NCBI GenBank assembly: GCA_963840335.1
Contig: CAWIYP010000017.1
Coordinates: 7,879-71,878, forward strand
Direction: 5' to 3'
Length of the DNA stretch: 64,000 bases
Source: an uncultured Chloroflexia bacterium
Lineage (GTDB): Bacteria; Chloroflexota; Ktedonobacteria; Ktedonobacterales; JADMIN01
Every line of letters starts with the position of its first letter. Position 1 is the first letter of the stretch. This document shows, piece by piece, positions 19,155 through 29,279 of the stretch. The notes under the pieces were generated by a model. That model was not told where the DNA came from, did not search any database, and saw nothing but the letters and a program-made list of their open reading frames with translations. Made by a program: the position numbers and the translations under genes.

Positions 19155-19649
19155 ATGCCGCCGCTCGCTGTCGGTGTGGCAGTCGCGGCGCTGCTCTGCT
19201 CCGCTTGCGCCAGTGGTGTGACCGCGCAGGCGGCTAAGCCGACGGCCATACCCACTGTGACGGCCACGCTCGCCGCGCCGACCGCCACATCGCGCCCGGG
19301 CTGCGGCCCCGTCGGCGTTGATCCTGGGAATACGGTCACTCCCACCCTCCCGCTGCCACCAGGAACTATCTCCGAGCGGCTGCCATCCGCGGCGGGCGCG
19401 GGCTTCCTGCTCGAATGCACACCAAACGCGACGCAGGCCAGCATCAGCGCCTATCTCAACAAGGCCTTGCCGCAGGCAGGCTGGCACAAGTGGAATCCAC
19501 AGGTGGATAACGCCTATGGCTGCGGGTCACAGGCCAACGACTACTGGCAGTGGGCCACGAGCCAGCAAGCGATTGGCTGGGATTTCCGCGAAACGGCGCT
19601 GCCACTGTGGCATATCACGGTCTGCTCGCGGAGCTATGGCGCCCCGTAG
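19155..19649 (+). CDS. Secreted or lipid-anchored hypothetical protein
   Basis: Signal-like MPPLAVGVAVAALLCSACASG, then a Thr/Ala/Pro linker and a Cys- and Trp-containing domain. No family recognised. Confidence 0.5.
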   Translation: MPPLAVGVAVAALLCSACASGVTAQAAKPTAIPTVTATLAAPTATSRPGCGPVGVDPGNTVTPTLPLPPGTISERLPSAAGAGFLLECTPNATQASISAYLNKALPQAGWHKWNPQVDNAYGCGSQANDYWQWATSQQAIGWDFRETALPLWHITVCSRSYGAP

Positions 19650-19662
19650 CGTGTGTCCTTGC

Positions 19663-20151
19663 TCAGTCGCTGGCGGGAGGGTGGCCGCTGAGCCGCTCCC
19701 AGCAGGCTCCCAGGGTGGCAATCTCCTGCTCGCTGAGATGATCGAGGAAGAGGCGATGTATCGCGCTGGTGTAGGTCTGGTGCGCGGCGCGCAGGCGTTC
19801 CACTCCCGCCTGGGTGAGCGTGGCGCGGGCGACCCGGCGATCCTCGGTCGTCGCTTCACGCCGCACCAGCCCATCGCGCTCCAGCCGATCAACCATGCGA
19901 CTGACACCGCTCAGCGTCAGTGGCCCGCCCGCCGCCAGCTCCGACATGCGGAGTTGACATGCGGGCGCCTGCGCGAGCTGTAGCATGATTTCATACGCGG
20001 TGAGGCCGAGGTGGTGCTTTGCGCGCAGGCTGGCGTCTATTCGCCGCGTGATGCCCGCATGAGTTGCGAGCAGGCCCAGCCATGCGCGCGCCTGCGCGGG
20101 GGAAAGGGGCGCCCCCAGGTCCGCCAACGTCAATGAGGTGTTCATCGTCAT
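19663..20151 (-). CDS. MarR family transcriptional regulator
   Basis: Winged-helix core LTAYEIMLQLAQAP...LRMSELAAGGPLTLSGVSRMVDRLERDGLVRREATTEDRRVARATLTQAG. Confidence 0.85.
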   Translation of the reverse strand: MTMNTSLTLADLGAPLSPAQARAWLGLLATHAGITRRIDASLRAKHHLGLTAYEIMLQLAQAPACQLRMSELAAGGPLTLSGVSRMVDRLERDGLVRREATTEDRRVARATLTQAGVERLRAAHQTYTSAIHRLFLDHLSEQEIATLGACWERLSGHPPASD

Positions 20152-20366
20152 ACCTCTACTTCAGCGTAGAAGAAAAGAGACTCTGTCCAGCAACGTCTGG
20201 CTATCCCTGCGCATGCTGCGCGCCTGCGATTTTAAGGAACGCGCTACGGGGTCGAATGTGGGGCGCTCGACGCCTAACAAGACACGATTCCTCGTCCTGG
20301 ATTCTAGAAGGCACGTCCTATTATGCGCGTTTGCGGCGCTCAGCGCCACAGTATTCTTGCCATCGC

Positions 20367-21797
20367 TCAGGAGGCTGGCGTGGCGCTGGTATCGGCGCTC
20401 GCCTCACCACTCCGCGCGGACACCTCGCGAATCGCTTCTATCCGCAGCGCATGCAGGGATTCGCTGAAGCGCACGGGATACGGCTCCGGCGCCTTGAGCG
20501 CGTGGTAGCGTTCGGGGAGTGCGCGCAGATTGGCCTGGGCCAGCTCCCAGATCTCCGAGAGCGGCGGCAGGCTACCAGGAATCACCTTGCCCCCGCGCAT
20601 CACCGGGCGCAGCAGACGCTGGTAGCCAGCGGGCGGTGTCTCCGTCTCCAGTTGCACGATATCCTCCTCCCACTGTGGATGCCGATAGACCGCCTTGCGC
20701 CCTGGCCAGGTGGTTTTCTCCGCCGCCAGCTTCAGCTTCGGATGCTCGCTGCCGTCGTCGTCCACATACCACACTTCCTTGTAGACGCCGCCAAGGGTCG
20801 CGCCGCCAACGCCATGCGCCAGATTGCCCGCGCCGACCCCCAGCGCCGTCCCGACACCGAAAGCGTCAACCTCCGCGCCCGCCGCCAGCAGATCAACAAT
20901 CTCGAATTCGTCGAGGTCGCCGCTCGCCAGGATGCGCACATGCTCCATCCCCGCCGCCGCAAGCTGCGCGCGCACGTACTGGCTGTCAGCCACGAGGTCG
21001 CCGCTATCCAGCCGCACCGCCGCGAGGGTGTGGCCGAGATCGTCGCTGACCTGCCGTGCGACGGCGATGGCTGTGTGGATCGCCTGGCGGGGGTTATAGG
21101 TGTCGAGCAGCAGGGTGTAGCGGTTGAATGAGCGCGCCACCGAGAAGAACGCCTCTTCTTCGGTGGGGAAGAGCTGGATCAGCGCGTGCGGCACGGTTCC
21201 CGTGGCCAGCAGGCGATACTCGAATGCCGCCGCCAGCAGGGATGTGCTCGATGCTCCGCCGATGCTCGATGAGCGCGCCACCACCAGCGGATTCTGCGCG
21301 CGGCGGAAGGCGAACTCCGAGACGCGGCGGCTCTGCGCGACATGGACGATGCGCGCCGCCTTGGTCGCTATCAGCGTCGCCAGGTTGACCGCCTGGAGCA
21401 GTCCCGCCTCCATCAGAATCGCCTCGCGAAAGGGCGCCGTCACCCGCAGCAGCGGCTCATTGGGGAAGGCGATGCTACCCTCTGGCATCGCGTATATCTC
21501 ACCTGTGAAACGCAGCGCGGCTAGCTCATCGAGGAAGGCGGAGTCGTAATCGCGGATGCGCGCCAGGAATGCCAGCTCGTCTGGCTCGTAGCGGAAGGAC
21601 TGGACGAACTCCAGCGCGGCCTCCAGCCCAGCGACGAGCAGATAGGCGCCATCGAAGGGGGCTGAGCGCGCATAGAGGTCGAAGGTCGTGGCGCCATTCC
21701 GACCCGACACCCAGCTCACATAGGCGGCGTCCGGGTGATACATATCGGTGAAGAGGCCAGGGTGCGCCCCAGGCTCGCGGCGCGGATACATCCCCAC
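20367..21797 (-). CDS. pncB: Nicotinate phosphoribosyltransferase
   Basis: LFTDMYHPDAAYV...VSEFAFRRAQ...GTVPHALIQ...RLDSGDL...ASGDLDEF is a NAPRTase signature layout. Intact at 476 aa. Confidence 0.9.
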   Translation of the reverse strand: MGMYPRREPGAHPGLFTDMYHPDAAYVSWVSGRNGATTFDLYARSAPFDGAYLLVAGLEAALEFVQSFRYEPDELAFLARIRDYDSAFLDELAALRFTGEIYAMPEGSIAFPNEPLLRVTAPFREAILMEAGLLQAVNLATLIATKAARIVHVAQSRRVSEFAFRRAQNPLVVARSSSIGGASSTSLLAAAFEYRLLATGTVPHALIQLFPTEEEAFFSVARSFNRYTLLLDTYNPRQAIHTAIAVARQVSDDLGHTLAAVRLDSGDLVADSQYVRAQLAAAGMEHVRILASGDLDEFEIVDLLAAGAEVDAFGVGTALGVGAGNLAHGVGGATLGGVYKEVWYVDDDGSEHPKLKLAAEKTTWPGRKAVYRHPQWEEDIVQLETETPPAGYQRLLRPVMRGGKVIPGSLPPLSEIWELAQANLRALPERYHALKAPEPYPVRFSESLHALRIEAIREVSARSGEASADTSATPAS

Positions 21798-21830
21798 GTT
21801 TGCGCGCTCCTCCCACTCACATACGCCAGA

Positions 21831-22432
21831 TCAGGCCTCAGCCAGTGGCGGAAACTCGTCACGGAAGTCCGCGAGCCGCTGCTCCACATCGAGGCGGCGG
21901 CGGTGCAGCGCGGGCGGCGCGATGATGTTCAGGCTCAGGATGTTGCTGTTGATCTCGCGCAGCGCCTCGGCGTAGCGGCGCTCAGTCGCCTCCCGGAGAA
22001 TATTGTAGGCGCGGCGGTCGCTGGCGACGACCCACGAGCGCGCGCGCAGGGTGTCGCGGCGATGGCGCAGCCTGCGCAGCAGCCCCTCGGCGCGCGCGAT
22101 TGCTGGTCGATCTCGTGGCCGCGCTCCAGTTCCTGCGGGGCGACATCGTTGCTCTTGAGCAGGTGATAGGCCATCGCCTTCTCGCCCGCCCAGACATCCT
22201 CGTCCAGGCGCAGGGGCTTGCCCGCCCCCTTGAGATTGTCGAACTTGCCTTCCTCGCGCGCCTCCTGGATGCGCTGCTCCACGATGTCGCGGACGGCCCG
22301 CCGCCGCGCCTGCTCCATCTCCCACAGGTAACGGGCGCCGCGCTGGGTGGCCGGGCGCTCCTGCTGGTCGGGGGCGGATTGCTCGCGGGCGTCATCCGCT
22401 GGGGTTGGTGTTTGGTTGGCTGGATCACTCAT
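21831..22432 (-). CDS. DUF1992 (DnaJ C-terminal-like) domain protein, with 1 apparent 1-nt deletion
   Basis: VEQRIQEAREEGKFDNLKGAGKPLRLDED...AYHLLKSNDVAPQELERGHEIDQQ | IARAEGLLRRL...INSNILSLNIIAPP. The frame switches near 22100. Span length is 3n-1. Confidence 0.65.
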
Positions 22433-22617
22433 GGCTGGCTCCGCCGGGCTTGTCGCTAGCTCACACACGTCTCAGCAAGATGGTAGCACACCGCGCGGGC
22501 GTTCCTCACGGGCGACGATTCAGGCGCCGTTTGCGCGGTGAGTCGCGCATCGTCTATCCTGACTACGCGGCAATCAGGCGAAGGACGTGCGCGCACAGCC
22601 ATGAGGAGATAGCCAGT

Positions 22618-22749
22618 ATGTTCGGTCTTGGCGCTAATGTATCCGCACTCGTCGCGCAGTTAGCGGTGGTCACGATGTTCCTGGTGGTGGCGGTGGCGAT
22701 CATCGTCGCGCTGGTGGTGGCGATCAGGGTGTTGAGTCGGAGCGAGTAA
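22618..22749 (+). CDS. Possible 43-aa hydrophobic peptide
   Basis: MFGLGANVSALVAQLAVVTMFLVVAVAIIVALVVAIRVLSRSE, preceded by GAGGAG. Short, so weak. Confidence 0.3.
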   Translation: MFGLGANVSALVAQLAVVTMFLVVAVAIIVALVVAIRVLSRSE

Positions 22750-22762
22750 CCCTGGCTCGCGC

Positions 22763-23584
22763 TCACGAGAGCCGCGCTTCGGGTGGGCGCGTCAGCCAGT
22801 AGCGGTCACGCTCGGTCGCCAGGGTTCCGCGTGCGAGCAGTTCGCGGCGGATCGCTTCGGCGTCGCGCGCGTGCTGGCGGATGAGCGTGTCAAGCTCGGC
22901 CTGGGTGTAGACATGGCCCCACTCCAGGCTGCCTTCCACCCGCCGCAGGAGTGGCTCGGTCAGCGCCTCGGTGCGCCAGTAGCGGCCATGATCGCGCGCC
23001 ATCAGCCGCTCCCCGATCAGCTCGCGCCGCAGATAGGCTGCGTCTGGATGCCGTCGCTTGAGGATGTCGTTGACCTCAGCCTCGCTATACTCGCGCTCCC
23101 AAGTGAATTGCTCAGCCAGCCAGCGCAGGATCACCTGTCGCTTTTTCAATTGCGCGGGGATCTCTTTCAGCCGCTCGCCATCAAGGTAGTCGCGCAGGGT
23201 CTTGCGCTCCCAGGTGGCGCCCTCCGCGTCGGCGGCGAGCGTCGCCACTACCGCTGGCGTGGCGAGCATCTTCGCGATGTCCTCCAGTCCCTCCACACGC
23301 AGCCGGTTCCAGCGCGTCACGCCATCGGCGCGCGTCTCCACCAGCCCCAGCGCCCGCAGCCGCGCCAGATGGTGCGAGATGGTCGGGGCCTTCAGCTCCA
23401 GCAGGTCGGACAGCTCCTCGACCGTGCGCTCCTGTGTGGCCAGCGCCCCCAGGATGCGCAGCCTGCTCAGATCAGCCAGCGCCTTCAGTGCGTTCAGCAG
23501 CAACGTGACCCGCTCCTCTGGGCTATCGGCGGCGCTGTCCGACGGGCGTTGTGACGTTGTGTCGCTTGTCTGATCATCCCTCAT
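22763..23584 (-). CDS. ArsR/SmtB-family HTH regulator fused to two DUF2087-like domains
   Basis: LKALADLSRLRILGALATQERTVEELSDLLELKAPTISHHLARLRALGLV, followed by two repeats of the EAEVNDILKRRHPDAAYLRRELIGERLMARD type. Confidence 0.8.
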   Translation of the reverse strand: MRDDQTSDTTSQRPSDSAADSPEERVTLLLNALKALADLSRLRILGALATQERTVEELSDLLELKAPTISHHLARLRALGLVETRADGVTRWNRLRVEGLEDIAKMLATPAVVATLAADAEGATWERKTLRDYLDGERLKEIPAQLKKRQVILRWLAEQFTWEREYSEAEVNDILKRRHPDAAYLRRELIGERLMARDHGRYWRTEALTEPLLRRVEGSLEWGHVYTQAELDTLIRQHARDAEAIRRELLARGTLATERDRYWLTRPPEARLS

Positions 23585-23620
23585 TACATTTGCCTCTCAG
23601 TTTGTATTGAAATCATATAA

Positions 23621-23636
23621 TTAGATATATATCTAA
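23621..23636. promoter_or_regulatory. Perfect 16-bp palindrome TTAGATATATATCTAA; candidate operator of the ArsR-family regulator
   Basis: Lies 37-52 nt upstream of the ArsR-like start, in a sharply AT-rich divergent intergenic region. Minus-strand TTGACT/TTGACG hexamers at 23647-23657 lie just upstream of it. Confidence 0.45.
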
Positions 23637-23885
23637 ATAAATGTTGCGTCAAGTCAACTTCCTGAGGCATGAGACGAAAGTCTGCTACCGCCTACTTTTG
23701 CCACAGTGAACAGTCCGTATTGTCAATGATGGTCGCATGATTCGCGGCTAGCATCTCATGACGGTGTCATACGCCCGGCGGCGCGCTGTCTGGCGGAGTG
23801 GGGGGAACCACAGTGGACGAAGCTACAGAAGATAGGTAGTCTGGCCGAATCATCCCCGGAGGCTGAAACATCTGGGGATGATTCG

Positions 23886-25210
23886 GTGACAGCGAAACGC
23901 CCAGTTGTCACAGGCGCCAAGCGGAGTGCGAGGCGCAGTCACTTCGCCACGTTCGGCTACATCGCGCTGACGTTGGCGCTGGCGGTCGCGGTGATCATTG
24001 TCAGTCTGATGGGCAGTGGCTGGCTCTTCTTCAACCCCATCAATGGCATCACGTCAATTGGGGCGCCACAGCAGTCCCAGAGTTTCGGCTTCACATCCAC
24101 ATTACCGACGACCGCGCCGGGTTCGCTCGTCATCGGGTAGTATCGCGGCGATCTCTGGCAGACGCACTTTCCGACGGCTCAGCCGACGGCGACCGCGACA
24201 GCTACACCGAGTGGTGGCGGCGGTAATGGCGGCGGTGGCGGCGGCGCGGTGACCACGTATCCCGCCAGCTTCACAGGCTCATGGTCTGGTGGCGCGGGTC
24301 AGGGCTGCCCCAGCGGCGGCGCGCCCAAGCCCCGAACCAACATCATCTATGGCGCGAGCGACTACGGCGTCACGCATACGAACATGGTGGCGCTCACCTT
24401 CGATGATGGCCCCACGCCCTATAGCTCGCCCGCGATTCTCTCCTATCTGGAGAAGTCGCACACACGCCGCGACCTTCTTCGTGCTGGGACAATACGCGCA
24501 GGCGTATCCGTATCTCATCCGGCGTGAGGCGACGGATGGGTTCGCGATTGGCGTGCATACGTGGGATCACCCAGACATGCAACTACTTTCGGTGAGCCCA
24601 GCGCGCCAATGAGCTTGGCTCGACGATTCAGCAGTTGCACCTCGACCTTGGCTCGAAATTCTGCGTGTGGCTCTGGCGCCCGCCCTATGGCGCGGTGGAC
24701 AGCAGCATCGTGCGCCAGGCGGACGCATTCGGCCTGACGACGATCTACTGGAATGTTGATCCGGCGGACTGGTCGCGCCCCGGCACGATGACCATCGTGA
24801 ACCGCGTGCTGGCGCAGGTGCGCCCCGGCTCGATCATCCTGATGCACGATGGCCCCGCCGCCCGCCAGCAGACCGCCGACGCGCTGCCCTACATCCTCGC
24901 GGGGCTGCACAAGCGCGGGCTGGTTCCGGTGACGCTGCCCACGCTGCTGCTCAGTGGCGGCTATATCAGTGGCAGCCCCACCCCCACGCCGACCCCCAAG
25001 CTAACCGCGACGGCGACCCCGCAGACGACAGCGACGCCCTCCGCGACGGCGACACCCTCGCCCACGCCAACCAATACGCCGACACCTGTCCCATCGCCGA
25101 CCGCGTTCATGGACGGCGCGTTCGCGTGGCTCTCGCGCCTCTCCTCAGCGGTCGCGGTGAGCCTGTGGCGCTGGTACATGACCTGGCCGCCGGGCGTGAG
25201 CGGCGGCTAA
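23886..25210 (+). pseudogene. Membrane-anchored polysaccharide deacetylase (NodB homology domain), with one in-frame TAG and 2 frameshifts
   Basis: TM anchor FGYIALTLALAVAVIIVSL. In-frame TAG at 24138-24140. NodB motifs MVALTFDDGP, ATFFVLG, HTWDHP, RPPYG, IILMHD. Frame switches near 24470 and 24603. Thr/Pro-rich C-terminal tail. Span length is 3n+2. Confidence 0.75.
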
Positions 25211-25319
25211 ACGCGGAGTGGTTGGGGCTTTCAGCGAAGTGTCCGCAAAAATCGGACAGTTGCGCTCCTGATTCACTTTCCCTGTGGCGTCTGAATACAG
25301 AGCGGTTGATAATTTCACT

Positions 25320-25346
25320 GAACCGTTGGCAATTTGCCAACGGTTC
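25320..25346. terminator. Perfect hairpin between convergent genes
   Basis: GAACCGTTGGC-AATTT-GCCAACGGTTC: an 11-bp perfect stem in the 156-nt gap between the deacetylase and the APH-like gene. Confidence 0.45.
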
Positions 25347-25366
25347 CATTGTTGCCCGCCACAGTT

Positions 25367-26388
25367 CTACCCCAGCGGCGCTAGCAGCGCGGCGGGCTCG
25401 CCGATCTCGACGCCGAGCGTGTCCTGCGACCAGGTGAGCGCGCGACCTATCTGCCCGATCACGCCTGCGCGCGCGGGTGGCGGGATGACGCCGGGCTGCG
25501 CCAGCGCCGCCAGCGCCGTCAGCGTGAAGCCCATCGGCGCGACCGAGGCGAAGATCCGCAGCCGCTCCTCCAGTGTCGTGTCTTGCAGGTCGCGCATGCC
25601 GTCGAGATAGGCGGCGACGAAGCGGACATACTGCTGGCTGGAAAGCTCCCCAGAGAGCGCCGCCAGCGCCGCCCACCCGCGCCACCTCGATGGCTGGATC
25701 GCCCAGGCCAAAGCCGCTCCACTCCGTCAGCGTCAGCCGCCCACCGGTGTTCACCAGCCGTCCTGGGGCAGGATTGCCGTGGCAGGGGCGGCGCGTCATG
25801 CCATCCCACAGCGCGCGATTCGTCTCGATGCGTACCTGGGTGATCGCGTGGAGTTGGCTCAGTACGCGCATCAGTGGCGCGAAGGGCGCGGCGGCGTAGG
25901 CGTTGCGGCAGGCGCTCCAGTCGGGCTGCACGCGCGCCCACCATGCGCCGAGGTCCGCGCTCATGCTGGAGGGCTGCGAGGCCATCGCTGGGCGCAGGTG
26001 GTGCAGCGTCAGCAGCAGAAAGAGCCAGCCATCCGCCTCAGCGTCGGTCAGTGGCCGCTGCCCCAGCGTCTCACCCTGGGGCCGCTGCGCGATGACCGCC
26101 CAGGAGCCAGGCTCCAGCCCGGCTGCGGGCGTCGCCTCGCCCGCGTAGAGCAGGTCTGGCGCCAGCCCCACCGCGCTCCCCAGCCGCAGCCCGGCCTCCT
26201 CGCGCCGCGCCATCTCGCGCTCGCTCGGTGGATACAGATGGATCTCCATCCCCGCCTGCTGCGCGTCGCTGGGCGACGAATCGCTGCTCGCGGCCCTCAG
26301 GCGCGCTGGGGGTCAGACGCATCGCCGCCGCCGCTGGCCCGACATGCGCGGCGAGCAGCGCCCGCAACGCCTCTACGCCGATGGCCAT
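25367..26388 (-). pseudogene. Phosphotransferase enzyme family (APH/choline-kinase-like) protein, with 2 apparent frameshifts
   Basis: Brenner-like CHGNPAPGRLV and TEWSGFGLGDPAIEVA (DxD region) in ORF 25107..26249. The C-terminal part is in ORF 25367..25711. The N-terminal part MAIGVEALRALLAAHV is in ORF 26071..26412. Switches lie near 25690 and 26255. Span length is 3n+2. Confidence 0.6.
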
Positions 26389-26522
26389 GCGTGTCCCTCT
26401 CGCTTCTCTCATTGCGCTCGCTCAACGCCAGCGCATCCCACTGAGACACAAATGGACCGATGGGCAGCTACGCCTATCGGTCCATCCATCACACTCCGCG
26501 CATCGTTTCGCGGTGGCGCGCG

Positions 26523-26888
26523 CTAGTTCATCCACTCGTCGGCGCTCTGCTCGCGCAGCCGCACGGTGGCGTTCGTCGGGCGCGCGGCTCGCTGCTGCAG
26601 TGTCACCTCAGCCTCGCCGCTCTTCTTGCCAACGATGGAGGGCAGGAAGAGCACGGCGAAGACGAAGACACCAGCGGCGATCAGCTTGACTGGCCAGTCC
26701 AAAAGAACATGCACCAGATTCGCCTCTTTGCCGACGATGATGCCCACCGCGGCGATCAGGCTGACCAGGCCAGCCAGCGCCCGGACGGCCAGCACCATCG
26801 GCTCGTCGCGATGCATGGCCGCAAGAGTGAAATTCACGATGGCCGCGAGGATACCCAACGCGATGATGGCAATCCAGAACGGAGTCAT
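26523..26888 (-). CDS. Small membrane protein (3 TM), unknown function
   Basis: Internal start MTPFWIAIIALGILAAIVNF, preceded by GAGGAGGGA. Confidence 0.55.
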   Translation of the reverse strand: MTPFWIAIIALGILAAIVNFTLAAMHRDEPMVLAVRALAGLVSLIAAVGIIVGKEANLVHVLLDWPVKLIAAGVFVFAVLFLPSIVGKKSGEAEVTLQQRAARPTNATVRLREQSADEWMN

Positions 26889-27383
26889 ACGTCCCTCCTC
26901 CCGAGGCGTACAGCCGACTGGCGGAGCTGCCGGGCGCACCCGGAGCCACATGCTGTGACGCTCCTTCGCGCTCCACTCCAGGCGCCACAACTGGCTCCCG
27001 GTCGTGAGCAGTCCTTGAATATGCGCGCATCTGGCGGCTCGCCGCAATCAGGGGAACGACGCTCGATAGGCGCTTGTTCAACGAGTCTAACATACCTACG
27101 CAATGAAGCCGCCTCCCTACATGACGACTAGGACTTCCTGGTATTACAGGGCGCCGCGCGCAGATTGGGCGCCAGCCGTTGCGTACATGAGCCGCCGATT
27201 CAGGCAGGATGCGGCTTGCGGCGTCTTGCGGCGCCTGCGCGAGGACTATGTGCGCGGCCACACGCCGTACCCTTGGCTGCTGCGAGCGCAGGGCGTCATG
27301 GTATGCTGTGGACTGTTCGTGAGGGGCGGCGCAACGCGGATCGCGCAGGGCGTCTGTGGCGTCTGGACGAAGGAGAGGCGCGC

Positions 27384-27854
27384 GTGGTGATCCTCGCGCT
27401 GGATGTCGGCGATGCGCGTATCGGTGTCGCCGTCAGCGATGAGCTGGAGTTGATCGCCACGCCGCGTCCGCTGATCCGTCGCAAGTCCACCGCCGCCGCG
27501 CTCGACGCCGTCACCCAGGAGATCGCCCGCGCGGAGGCGCAGCTCGTCGTCGTGGGCCTGCCCGTCAGCTTCGACGGCCAGCTTCACGCGCAGGCGCGGG
27601 CCATCCAGGCGTTCGGCGAGAAGCTGCGGCGCCGCATTGCGCAGCCCCTCATCTACGCCGATGAAACGCTCACCAGCGTGCGCGCTGAGGAGCGTCTGCG
27701 CGCGGCGGGTGTCCGCCCGGAGCGCATCCGCGAGCGGATTGATTCTGAGGCGGCGGCGATCATACTGGAAGATGTGCTGGAGCAGCGTCGTCGCGAGCGC
27801 GCGCAAGACGCTGCCCGGTTAGAAGATAGGCAACAGGAGGACGAGAGCCGATGA
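27384..27854 (+). CDS. ruvX: Putative pre-16S rRNA nuclease / Holliday junction resolvase-like YqgF
   Basis: VVILALDVGDARIGVAVSD...VVGLPVSFDG...DETLTSV. GTG start after AGGAGAG. The stop overlaps the next ATG (ATGA). Confidence 0.85.
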   Translation: MVILALDVGDARIGVAVSDELELIATPRPLIRRKSTAAALDAVTQEIARAEAQLVVVGLPVSFDGQLHAQARAIQAFGEKLRRRIAQPLIYADETLTSVRAEERLRAAGVRPERIRERIDSEAAAIILEDVLEQRRRERAQDAARLEDRQQEDESR

Positions 27855-29079
27855 AAGGCTTCGCCCGTGTCATCGTGGTCTTCCTCACACTCGTGGCGCT
27901 GGCCGTGGGATTCGTCGGCGGCACCGTCGTCCTCGATGTCTTTCAGCCCTCCAACAAGCAATGTCAGTACCGTCGTCAACTTCGAGGTCAAGTCGGGCGA
28001 CACAGCGTGTCAGCATGGCGCAGCGCCTGCAAGACGATGGACTGATACGCAACGCTCTGGTCTTCCGCACCTGGGCGCGTTACAAGAAGTTGCTGAACTC
28101 AGGCGTCGAGTCGGGTATCTACTACCTCAGCCCCAACATGACGATGGACGCCATTATCACAAAGCTGGAAGGCAAGCCCGACAAGAGTAACATTGCACAG
28201 GTGTTCGTCGTCCTGAACGACCACATGCGCGCGACTCAGTATCCCGCCAAATTCACAAAATTGCCACAAGTTCAGCGCGAAAGAATTCCTCACGATCGCG
28301 AAGACGGGTATCGAGCCAGACGGCACGAAGCTCTGGCAAAAATACTGGTACATCAAGCAGCCGATACGCTGGGAAGACCGCCTACGCGCTGGAGGGCTAC
28401 CTCTATCCAGCGGGCTATTACTTCTATACGGACGCCACGGCGACGAATGTGATCGAGAAGCTCATCACCCAGTTTGGCGAGGAGCTGTGCCCTGGCCCGT
28501 CCAGTAATCCCACGCTATACATCACCGACGCGAAGCAGTGCCGCGCGCACGCTATTACCGTCGGTGGCAAGAATATCTTCGACGCGATGCGCGCCGCCTA
28601 TCCCGATGCGAAGACCGATACCGCCGCGCTGAGCGACACGCTCATTATCGCGTCGTTAGCCACCCAGGAGATCAAAAAGGCGGCTGACTTCGCGGGCGTG
28701 GTCACCGTCTACCATAACCGCTACCTCAACATTGAGACGCAGGGGTCGGCGGATGTCGGCTATTTACTTGGCTCCGATCCCTCCGCCGAGTATGCGCGCG
28801 ACACCATCACACCGCCGGCCAACGGCAAGTGGTGGGCGGCGCCAGCCGACGCCAGCAAAATCGCGGTGACGAATCCCTACAACACACGTACGCAAGCAGG
28901 CATGCCACCAGGCGCGATCGTCGAACCCGTTTATTACCGACATCAAAGGCGCAGCCGCTCCAGGAAAGTCGCCCTACTTCTACTTCGTCTCAGACAAGTG
29001 CGGCAAGTTCTACTATGCGACGAACCTGGCCGACTTCAACAACAACGTCAAACCGAAGCAGGATACCGGCAATTGTTAG
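27851..29079 (+). pseudogene. mltG: Endolytic murein transglycosylase MltG (YceG-like), with about 5 frame switches
   Basis: TM anchor VIVVFLTLVALAVGFVGG. FEVKSGDTA..SMAQRLQDDGLIRNALVFRTWARY, GIYYLSPNMTMDAIITKL, YALEGYLYPAGYYF, NPYNTRTQAGMPPGAI..NPFI, YFYFVSDKCGKFYYATNLADFNNNV. The sense changes frame near 27957, 28005, 28270, 28380 and 28918. The ruvX-mltG pairing is a common conserved neighbourhood. Confidence 0.75.
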
Positions 29080-29249
29080 GATGACGCTTCCCGCGCGTCG
29101 CATGTCGCCGCCGCGCTAGCCTCGCTGGCTGAGCGTGGCGGCGGCGCGTGGCGGCTCCAGGCCGCTGGCGGGACGCTGTGACGGGAGGTAGGAAGGGAGG
29201 ATGGTTGCGCGAAGTTGAGGCGGGAGATGAAAAAGGGCATGCAAAGCCC

Positions 29250-29279
29250 TTGACGGCATCCCCTACAGGGTGATACAAT
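29250..29279 (+). promoter_or_regulatory. Strong sigma-70-like promoter candidate facing rpoB
   Basis: TTGACG (29250-29255), an 18-nt spacer, then TACAAT (29274-29279). It lies about 950 nt upstream of the rpoB start with no convincing ORF between. Confidence 0.5.
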
